Assembly: GCF_041146345.1 (NCBI RefSeq)
Contig: NW_027191409.1
Coordinates: forward strand, 806,001 to 870,000
From: Neodothiora populina
Taxonomy: Eukaryota
DNA: 64,000 bases
Reading direction: 5' to 3'
In this document: one piece after another, positions 20,761 through 31,428 of the stretch
Numbering within the stretch: the stretch's first letter is position 1
Layout of the letters: each line of letters begins with the position of its first letter
Position numbers and translations under genes: made by a program
Notes under the pieces: generated by a model
What the model was told of the DNA's origin: nothing
Database searches by the model: none
The model's input: only the letters and a program-made list of their open reading frames with translations

Positions 20761-23700
20761 CTAATGCGAGTGACCAGACCTGTTATAAGGCACCTGCTCT
20801 CCCACCAGTCCAGCCCTTCTGGCATTATGCAACTTGACGCTGCCCCGTCGAACGTGGATTCCATAACTCGTCGGATTTGGCGCCTCATGCCAACCCGACA
20901 AGACACCCTCGAATCGGTCCTGTCCGCTCGGCTTCCGTCGCTGCTGGGTAAGGTCATCCGATATGGAGTCGAAGAGGTTGACGCGTTCGCCGGCGAGTCT
21001 CTCGCACTCGCATCCGCAACCAGTCTCGCACTCGGGAATGGTGCCAATCGGGAAAGATGCGAGCCAGACCTGATAGCAGTGCGCGTGAGCGGCGTGTCCG
21101 CATGCGAGACAGACTTTGTACAGCCCCACTATCGGCTCCAGACACACAGTGCATTGCATGAATTGTGATTTCTTCTTGCACTCGGCGCATTTCGATGTCA
21201 GTTTGCCGCCTGCAACCCCAGCGTTGCTGTTCTGGCATTCTGTGCAACAGCGGTAGACGTTGGGTCCTTGGCTCACACCCTCGGCTGGGTACGAGCTGGA
21301 TATGGTAATCGGTGGGGTGGAGTCGATGAAGCGACCGACGGTGAGTGTCGTTTGTGAGTCTCTTCCTTGATGTTGGGCAGGTGTGTCAGTGCTGCCGTTA
21401 TCTGACACGAGACCATTGTATTTGAGCATTTCGTTTCGTTGCATGTCCAATCCCCAGACGCCCAACATGTGGGCGTATGCTGTGCGGTAGCACACGTATT
21501 TGTGCGCTTGGTCTTTATCCAGGAATGGTACGTTTGCTGTTGATTCCTCGTCGAAGAGGGTCTGATTCTTCAAGCTCAACTTGATCGGCTGCGCTGACAT
21601 AGGCGGCTCGTCTTCCTCAGTAGTCGAACCGTCGTCATCTTCTTCCGCCGGACCATGAGCAGTGTAGCTGTTTCGAATCGTCGAGTCGCTCCTGTAGATA
21701 TTATTCTTCGCACGGCTCGTCCAAGTTGCTCCACTTGAGGGATTTGAATTCGACAGGTCATCTCCACTCATCCTCAGTCTATTTGGCGGTGAACTAGCTA
21801 GGTTGAATGGTCGTGCAAACATTGAGGCTGCGAATGAGCTCGTCGCGCTTGGTATTGATACCCGATGTTGCGAAGGCGATGTCGAGAGGCTTTGAATGGT
21901 GCTTGAGAGCTGTGTACTTCCCCTAGACAGCGGCATGGGAGGTGTCGCTCCCATCATTGGAAATGGTGTCTGAGGATCACTGTCTCTGAACTCCGTCGAC
22001 CCTGAAGTATATGTGTGACCATGGATGTTGGCAGCAGACGGCATTGCAGACACAGCGATCGAAGGCTTCCCGAACCCGAAAGCCGCTTCTCTCGTTGGAA
22101 AGTAATCCAAGGACTGAGCAGGAAGTTGCATCGACGAAGCCATCCCCTTTTGCACAGTCGAATCCAATGGTCCCCCCACAGGAAACTGAGCAAATACACA
22201 TGACAACATTGCGAGCATCTGCACATCCGCACTTGTCTCGAAATACTCAAACAACCTCTTGATCAGCCATGTACCAGACAGCGGGTGTAGCCCCCACTTG
22301 ACCAACGCAAGATCATTCAGGTAGCCTATTCCTTCAAGATCTTTCAAAGAAATCTCGAAACCACCATCTTTCCGTTTCACTTGGACTGCAGCACGCTTCG
22401 CCAAAACAGGTATGCTGCATTTATCTCGTCCATCACTGGATGTAAGCAGATTCACAGGCACATCGTTCCTTAGGATAAGCTTGACTAATGTCCATATATC
22501 AGCAAGAAGAGGTAGTTCGTGTCGAGAAGCCACGTCAGCATTGTGAGCACACATGGTAGGGCCATCTCCAAATATCAGATACTCGCAAGCAAGATTTTGT
22601 TTTGACGGAAGCAATTCGCTGACGTCACGAAGTGCTACCATGGTCCGATTCTTTGCGAACATGGGCTTGCGGGTCATGCTGTTACTGGTAGGAAGAGACC
22701 CGTCTGTCGAATTTGGCTTCAGCCTCTGAAAGCGAAGCGGTGCACCGTGCCACGCTGCCGGAGGCCTGAACCTGCTGGGGACTATATCAGGGCCGCCAGA
22801 GCTAGTGGAGGAGTCAGAAGCAGATGACCTGGTTGAGGAAGAGTCTTCGCTTTCGCTATCCGAACCACGATCCGAGTCTCTTCCTCTCGTCAGGTCTGGT
22901 GAATCAGCATGCAAACGTCCAAAGCCCTCGAAGATCTCACGACCACCACGCAGACGATTGGCTTCTCCAAAGACTGCTTCTTGCAGCAGTGACTTTTTCT
23001 CTTCTTTGGGGGGAAAGAAGCATATAAGTCGTCCATTGGGTGCAAAAGTCGCTCCACACGTCCTAGGTATGGGGACATTTGTATTGGCACTTAAGTCATT
23101 TGAACCTAGACTGCCTTCCATGTCCAGAGTCTGAGAGTCCGTGGCACCAGACTCTCTCAAAAGAGCGTCTTCTTCGTCGCTGGAGCTCTCCTCTTGCTCT
23201 TGAGAACCCAGCGGATTATCACCCAAGGTGAACCAATCCGTGCTTTGATGTAAATCACGTTCTCCAAGCAGATATGACAGTATTGCTTCCAGGCAGCCTT
23301 TCCTGTGGACAACATAAATTGCTGCGATTTTGCGTAGGCCATGCTCAATTTCCATGTACTTCTTCTCTGGTAGAGCAGATGTATGCTCAAGCTGAAAATC
23401 GGGAGGCGATGCCTCAGGATAATCCTGGGGAAAATCGACACGAAGCTGCAGGAAGACAAGTTTCCCGTCCGAGGTCCAAGGTCCGTTCAGCGACAACCTC
23501 GCACGGCGCCCGCTCACATCCGCCTCTTCGAAAGTCACTTTCGAGAATTTCTCTCCCACGTGTATGATTTCATCGCTGAGATTTTCGGGCAGACCTTCCA
23601 TCTCGAACTTTCGCATCTCAGCTGAAATCGAGTACTTGTTAGGTCTATGTCGGTTTGCGGGGTTAATGTCGTGCTTTCCAAATCTGACGCCTTTCATCCA

Positions 23701-25087
23701 TGAGATCAAATCCGTGTTTTGGTGCTTAGCATTGCGTGTCTCCATGCCGGAGTAGGTCATCCTTGACTCTCCGGCCGCCCATCCACCAGCGCCAGGTACC
23801 GGTGCCTTGTTCATCCCAGGACTGGTACCGGTCTGAGCAGGACCTTGACCATTGAGCGCCATATTCTGATCGACAAGCGTAGGTACTGGTGGTGCAATGT
23901 ATTCCCTATATGTCTTATACGGTGCTCCTCGTCGCGTGAGGACTAGTGGCTTGTCAACATGCATGCCCTTATGGAAGCCAGCGGCGTGAAGTTGTTTCTG
24001 GCCCATTTTGTGCAGGATCAATTCTCGGTCGGCGCCCCACGTGACGAGTTGAAAGTCGCGGTTGTCCATATGATTATCGATAGTGCCACGAGCTCTCCAG
24101 AGGAACTCTTTAGCCTGATCCTGATGTCCAGTGAAGACATAATTAGGTGCAATTTCACCGCCATCATATACAGCGTGGTCCTTCCGGATGTCGTACAAAT
24201 GCAGATCATTATTACCTCTCTGGGGCATAGCGAGGACACATTCACCAAAAGGAGTGTGTCGCGCACGCCATACCGGAAAAGGGGTCTGAATCACCCTTTC
24301 GGGCTCTGTCTCGGAAGCCTCGAAGTCCCAGAATTTGATGCTTCTATCTAGCGAGCATGTGATGAGCTTGGTAGCTTCCGTACGGTTCCAATCTACGCTA
24401 TAGATCTTCGTTTCGTGTGCTTCGATAGACTTGAGCGGTATAGCGCCCTTGCGATCATCCCAAATGCGCAAGAATCTATCATGCGACGATGCTATGATGT
24501 GAGGATCTTGCCTGTTCCATTTGACCTGTGTGGCGCCAGCGAACCAGTCAGAGAAACTGATCACTGGCCGAGAAGGCGTTCGCAGGTCCCAACAGTGCAC
24601 AAATGCGTCTACAGCGCAAGTTGAGAGAATGTCGGGATGGAAGTTGGAAAAATTTATATCAGTTATAGCACGAGAATGAGCATGTAGGCTGTGCTCGATC
24701 GGCGCCTGGGCTGTGGACATTTCCAAGTTCCACACCAGGGCCCTTTGATTCGAGGTACTTACAACCCAGTAGTAGCGAGAGGAGAACGGAGACCATTGCA
24801 CGTCTGCTGGTGTCCATGGTGTCTGATGACGAAGGTGTCGTGGGGGTGAGAAGGGAGAATCAAGATCGATGATGTGCAGACCCTTTTGCCTATTGTCGGT
24901 TTAACACAAAATACCTTAGGAGATCTGGATAAACCCACGATGCTAATGCCACATCTCTCCCAGCAGGGGAGATGCCCGCTGACGCCACAGCCTCATCGAC
25001 ATGGATGCGAAAGTCATGACTGAATGTTGGACTGTCATATATGCTTGGCTCTCTACCACCACTACGGGCTGTATGTATCGAAGACAT
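20761..25087 (-). CDS. MTC5: SEA/GATOR2 subunit Mtc5/Sea3/WDR59 (WD40 + RWD + C-terminal zinc finger)
   Basis: Exon 1 ...SISPAGRDVALAS-like, one short intron, then KGLHIIDLDSPFSPPRHL..TPW..ADVQWSP; WD repeats; RWD (LRVDFPQDYP); PRTCGATF; C-terminal CxxC...CGHxxHxxC...CxxGCGCxC. Confidence 0.9.
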
Positions 25088-25676
25088 GGTGGCCGTTCAA
25101 GACCTACACGTGATCGTTGCTGTTGTAAGCATATATAAAGAGCATCGAGTCGAGGCCAATTACAGCGATCATGCCAGCGAGATCTGCTGCGACGCAGCAA
25201 AAGTCAAGTAGAAAGAGTGCAAATTCATGTCGAGAATGAAGCTAATCAGACACAGTCTCGAGTCATTTGGCACAAAGGAAGAGCACCTGTACTAGATGTG
25301 TGGACATGGAAGAAAAGCTTGTTGCAATATATCAAGGTACGACTTCTGTGATAGAGCCAACGAACAGTGCGGGTTGGTTCCAGATTGGGAGGAATGCCCC
25401 AGCGCCAAGAAACGATCCCCGGGCAGCAACTGCGCCGCTCAGGCCTCTACAGCGATTGACGGCGACCGACCGCGGGGTCAGACGACCAACAATGATCTTT
25501 CTGCGCCATACACTCCAGCACTTTGTGGTCAACCTAGACATAGGCTATAACTCAGAGAGAGAAAGTAACGAGAACGAGGGCGACAGAATCTGCTGTAGTT
25601 GGCAACTCGAACGCATTCACCAGAAGTCAAGAGCGATACACATCTCCCTCACTCAGCTTGCACGTCATCATACATG

Positions 25677-26288
25677 ATGGCTCTTCCTAAGAGAATCATC
25701 AAGGAGACGGAGAGACTGATGGCTGAGCCGTATGTTGGCGAGCTCACCACATGATTGATAGCTTGCTGAGTAAATAATCCAAGTGTCCCCGGCATCAACG
25801 CTGTACCACACGAAGACAACCTGAGATATTTTGATGTGCAAATACACGGTCCATCACAATCGCCATATGAGGGTAACATATCGACTCGCTCAAAGCATCC
25901 AAGAGCCTGACTAATTCCATGAAAGGCGGCGTCTTCAAACTCGAACTTTTCCTGCCAGACGACTACCCCATGACGCCTCCCAAGATTCGATTTCTGACCA
26001 AGATCTATCATCCGAATATCGACAGGCTGGGCCGAATCTGCCTGGACGTCCTCAAGAGTAGACATACAGCATACCCTCGAACACACAAGCGATTGCTAAT
26101 CTCCTTCCTCAGGCAACTGGTCTCCCGCTTTGCAGATCCGTACTATCTTACTCTCCATCCAGGCCTTGCTCGGCGCCCCGAACCCAGACGACCCTCTGGC
26201 CAACGACGTGGCCCAGCGATGGAAAGAAGATCAGAACGCAGCCATCCAGACTGCAAGAGAGTGGACTCAGCAATATGCCAAGGCTTAA
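25677..26288 (+). CDS. UBC13: Ubiquitin-conjugating enzyme E2 Ubc13 (introns 25730-25783, 25873-25925, 26058-26112)
   Basis: [36 protein letters not shown]...[78 protein letters not shown]. Confidence 0.96.
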
Positions 26289-26768
26289 GCTGCCTGTCAC
26301 CACATCATACAGTCCTGACAATCTTGTCCTCATCTTTACTTGTTCAGCAGTTTTGCAGCGACGTCTCCTTGAGCCATACTAGAAATAAGCTAGATATGGG
26401 CGTTGACTTGATTGATTGGCGTTACGAGGCGTGCTTTACTACCAATAGCTCTTGAGAGATGCTAGTGGCTAAGTACTGAGCATTCACTTACACACCTCTC
26501 TATGGGACATGAAAAATTGAACCGCTTCACTTCCATCCTATCTAGCTGCGTGGCGACATGTTGATTACCCTATGCATTCCCCTCTTGTCTTGTATTTGTG
26601 TGCACCCGTGCGAGCCTAATCTTCATTGACGTGTAGGAAGACGCGGAGAAAGGTGGGTGGAGCGAATGCATGCTCACCTTCACTTGGAGCAGGTGAGGTA
26701 TGTGAAGTGCGTTCGGCCACATACATGATGCATTTCCAAAGTGTCCATCTCCTTCCTTTCCTTCAACC

Positions 26769-29700
26769 ATGGCTTCAACAGGGGAGAGAGCCCCTGTGCT
26801 ACGCAGTCATTTCTCTTCCTCATCTTCGGATGGGGAAGAAGTGAAGAAACCAAAGGTAAGACCAGCTGCCCCTCGTCACGACAGATCTCCTCCCGATCAC
26901 ATCCACTATCACCGTCGTTTCGCACGCCTGCGGATGTCACAGATGAACAACTCTGGTCTTCAGAGCCACGGAGTTCTCTATATCTACGTCGCTTCCTCGG
27001 GCTCGACTGTGCGAGGCGCACGACCAGGCTCGCCAGCGCTTGTGTCAGAAGACCAAATGTGCTTTTCGAAACAGCGGAGCATTTTACACTCCTGTCTCAG
27101 TCCTGGGTCTAAGCGGATGAGTAGAGTGGTCGAGCGGTTCAACCCTTGACTTGCTCTATGCATCGTTCGATGGGCGGAGAGTGAATTCCCAGCCTCTTCA
27201 CTCGAGTCAATCGCAGAAACATCTCTGCAGTCTTATTTCTATAAAGTCTCATCAATATTGATACTAATTACTCCCAGAACATCAAAGCCCGAGCCACCGA
27301 GCTCGTTTGTGCCCTACGCAAGCGTAGGTCTTCTTCCAGAATGCGAGACAAAGAGCTCGAAGAGGCACCGCCAGTGCCTAAACTGCCACCTGGGGTGGCA
27401 AGACGGTTGGATAAACCGGCAGGTGCCATAACTGGGCTTATGGACACTGGGGTCGCAAGAGAAGTTCGATCAGATATAAAGACGACCAGCGACGTGACGT
27501 ATATTAATACGCCGGCGACTACGGCGTCTTTAAGTAGACCCAGCACTGAACGATCTGGTATGTTGTCTGATCTTTATTATGACTAGCCTCTTCGCTTTTG
27601 GTCTCTCGCTAGCGTCTCGCTTCCCTATCAAAAATCACAAGGCACTCTGCTTTCTGCGAGGCCCCCCTTCGCCTCTAGCCTTACGCCGTCCCCCCTCGCT
27701 TTTTTCTCTGCGCAGAGCCCTGTCGCTTGAGCTTACTGCAAGACTCTCGCGTTCTCATCATAGGCTCATTATTGCGAAACTTTGATATTCACTCGAAATG
27801 CCATTTCGCTTTTGCTGCTGCGCAGAGCCCCTCTGCTTTCAGCGTATTTTACGATCTCGGGGCTAATTATATAACAGGGGGCGTTCACTTTTCTACACCA
27901 GGCCGCTTCGCTTCTGTTCCTGCGCAGAGCCCCCTCGCCCTAGGTGTCTCGCCAAATCCTCGTGATGTTCTTAGTGCTGGGTCGCAAGACATTCACATCT
28001 CTACACCACAGCCCTTAGCTGCTGTCTCGGCGAAGGGTTCTCTCACTTCGGTCTCGGCAACGACTCCTTCTACTTCGGTCTCGGCGACATCTCTTCTAAC
28101 AATTTCGGACCAGAGAGAAAGTGCAGCGCCAATGTCTTCTCACAGGGATCGCTTTGGAATACCAAATCCTAGCAATCGTGCGGTTACCGATCCTGTCCTG
28201 AATCGTCAACCTTACGTCTCTCATCACGGCTCTCCCCAATCGAGAAACTGGCAGTCGTCTAGTTCACTTGCAGTTCAACCCCACACTCCAAGGCGCCAAA
28301 TCATCTCACCTGCATCTACGCGTACACCTGCGTCTACGCGTACTGCTACTCCACTTTCACTGCAGAGCTCAAGTGGAAATAATAGTGTAATCCACAACAC
28401 CCCACCTCTTCCACCTGCACGTCCACCACCAAGCATACCAAACTTCAAGATCAGGACAGACCACAAAGTGCACTTAGAACCCAAAAGGCTCCGAAGCGAC
28501 GTTGAGAAGCAAAATCAAGGACCTGATCAGAAGAAAAACCAAAGTGGCAATCATAGAATATTCGAGGGTGATGACTATGTGACTGACGATTTCAACCACG
28601 ACCTTGCACAGTACTTCCAGCAGAAAGCAAAGATCGACAAGGACAAAAAAATGCTCCATCCGCAGAAACAAGCAGATCGTCCTGAAGGCACATCTCCTGA
28701 GCAGAATGATAATCTGACACCCCGTAAGCCTGGTGAAACCGACCAAGAATACCAGATCCGCCGGCAAAACTATGCAAAGTCTATGGCCCTGCTGACAGGC
28801 GAAGCTTTGAACAATGATCCCAACATCAAGGACATCAATTTCACTTCTATCTCCAAAGACACCCCTGACAAAGAGTCACCTGTTCCAGCAACATCGCCAA
28901 CTCCAAAGCCTGATATTGATGAAGTCGTTCGTTTGTAGGAAAACACTCGTACTTCTGATACGTCAAGCAAACCTAAGGGAATGGCGCATCGGGAAATAGA
29001 GGGTGGGAAAACTTACGTCTTCCCCTATCCACCAGGACGCTCGGCCAAGTTGCTTGGGAAGCAGCCTGTGACCACAGCTGCTGATGACCAACCACTTGAC
29101 GACATACACAAGCAGAGGAAGTGGAACATCGCCGCAAGTCCTCCTGAAGCTGGTATTCATCCCTCTCGTCCTCGATTCTATGAGCAACACTTGCAGGGTC
29201 AGAGGTTCGAATCAACATTACACCATCCTGCCATTGCAACTGATGCTCATATCAGTCCTCTTTATACTGCTGAGGCGATGTTGAAGGGACCTAGCCAGGA
29301 GCACAAATTCATGCAGAAGCCATCTCGGTTCAACATCCAGTCTCCAACCACGATGGTGAAAGACACGTCCTCACCACCTCAACAAAGCACTCCAAGCAGC
29401 TCTACTAAATCAAGCATACTCAGCAAACGTCCCTCCAAATATACCTTGACACCTGGGTCAAGCAAGGAGAAAAGAGAAACAGAGGGAAGAAAAGGCCGTC
29501 AAACCAAAGTCATCATTCAGGAACTTTGGCTTCCTCAGACGTTCAGGTGACCGTGACAAAGCAAAGGCCGCGCCTGAGAACAATCCAGAGGCAAAGCAGA
29601 CGCCCACACGACCTCCTCGTCCTCCAACTTTGGACGTTGATGCTTTTACGCCTTTGACATCTCTCGCCCGTCAAAACCCTGCTTCTGCACTTGCGCTTAC

Positions 29701-30259
29701 GACCACATCCCCAACTTCACCTACACCTTCACCTACGCCTATACCTCCACCTGCACCTACGGCACCAGGCGCACTTTACGATTTCGAAGCATACGGCGTC
29801 AGGCCACCACCTAGGATCGTCCCAGGTTCCGACATCTACCGCGCCAAATATGGCTTGCCCAAGCTCGAGCCCCGTCGTCCAGACGATCATCGCTGCCACC
29901 CCAGCCACATATTCAAATGGGACACCCGCAAATTGTCATGCGCAAATCACGAAGGGCGATGTGCCATATGCAAAACCGAGTGCTGTTTGCTCAAAGAAGG
30001 CATGCGCGTCCTCGATGGCGCGTACACTGACGACAAAAGAGATGGACTCGAAACCACACAATCGATGGTAGTCGATCTGCAGTCTCACGCTCCAGGTGTG
30101 TTCGACGTCTTCCCTAGGATGCTAACCTGTGGCCATTGCCGCCGCGATGTGTGTCCGGACTGCGCTGGTCGTTGCAAGCATGGGCGCTGCAGGACTGTGA
30201 CCTGTAAGGACTGCGCTAAGGGTGATCCCTGGACTGCTTGTGCTTGCTACAGAAGATGA
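26769..30259 (+). pseudogene. Large uncharacterised Ser/Pro-rich gene with a Cys/His-rich C-terminal domain, interrupted in this assembly; 5' extent uncertain
   Basis: Chain of same-strand ORFs (26769, 27341, 27727, 28981, 29630). ORFs 27727-28938 and 28981-29550 are in one frame separated by a single TAG. A +1 shift near 29470 joins them to the Cys-rich frame. A good 3' splice site (ctaat...cccag) ends at 27278. Confidence 0.5.
27696..28047 (+). repeat. Degenerate tandem repeat, ~102-110 nt period, 3 clear copies plus 1 decayed
   Basis: Core TGCGCAGAGCCC at ~27709, ~27819 and ~27921, each preceded by TCGCTT. Shared sub-motifs ggct(c/a)attat and ttcac..tctacacca. Confidence 0.7.
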
Positions 30260-31428
30260 ACGGCACATGGACACGGCTGAACGAGAATGGATCATGACTT
30301 CATGTCCTGTGAAGAAGAAGATGGAAGTGGCATACGCATAGTTCTGTGCATGGAGGCGTTGCAATCATGACATGCTGAACTGTGGCACGGCATGAACTAC
30401 ATCGTCTAGATGACATACACCTAGTTCTGCGCATGGAGGCTTTGCAATCAGAACTTTCTGAACAGTGGCAAGATACGATCGAATCGTCAATCATTTGTAT
30501 CATGTCAAGACAGAGCTCACGGACACTTTTCTTTTGCTTGGCCATCGGCTATCAGAATCCAAGTTGTATCCTGCTTTAGGCAACACTGGCATCTGCTTTG
30601 AGTTCATCATAGCCTCGATTCTAGCTAATCAGAGGTCGCGTAGCTTACTTTTCGAAATGATCTTAGTTAACTTATGCCATCCGAGCTAGTATATGTTTTG
30701 TAGTCGTCCGTGGGATATGTAGGAAGAGAAGAGTAAATTATGCCACATGCCCAATCTGCTTGGACCTGACTACCTACTGGCCACCCTATTAGTATAGTAT
30801 CTAATTAATTGAGGTGATATACAGTGGTGGCCAGAATATGCCAAGAGAAGCAAGTGTTAGGTAAGGTACAGTAGGACTACAACATCATGTGCTGTACACG
30901 TCGTACCTGACTGTACGTTGCGTGGTCTTTGCGGATTGTGGCTGTGTCACAAGAGAGGCACATGTGAGTTAGAGTCGTGGCGCAAATAATCTCCACAAAA
31001 ACGCGCCTAGCTTATCATTGTCGATTTGTCTCTCGAGACCAACTCTATCCGGACATATGGTGTTCAGCCAATCAGACGTCACCACTCTCATCAGATCAGT
31101 TTCAGACGTCACTCCATCGGTAGTGACACGGCGGGACGGCATACCTCCGCGCCAGAATTACACGCAAAGTAGGTCAGAAACAATCGTGAATCCTGCTATC
31201 TGCTTGATCGCCAAGTCTGGCTGTGTTGGAGTCTTAACAGTTCCTTATTTCCTACCCTATCTTCGCCATCCCTGTTTACTTAAAAGAGACAACGTACATA
31301 CACAGCATGGGAAGACGAATTGGCTGATATCTATACAAGTGCTCTCACTGTTTCCTATCCTATACCTTATGCATCGACTATCGTTGTAGCCGCTTCGCAT
31401 TCTTATCATCCGTCCCCCGCGACATGCA

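Noticed and set aside
27696..27940. CRISPR-like array
   Set aside because: Eukaryotic context, degenerate repeats, mutually similar spacers, no cas genes; it is a tandem repeat.
29200..29215. GGTTCGAATC tRNA T-loop-like motif
   Set aside because: Lies inside an ORF with no flanking cloverleaf stems or A box.
30777..30834. 9-bp inverted repeat CTGGCCACC...GGTGGCCAG around an AT-rich core (MITE-like)
   Set aside because: Too short, single copy in the window, no evident target-site duplication.
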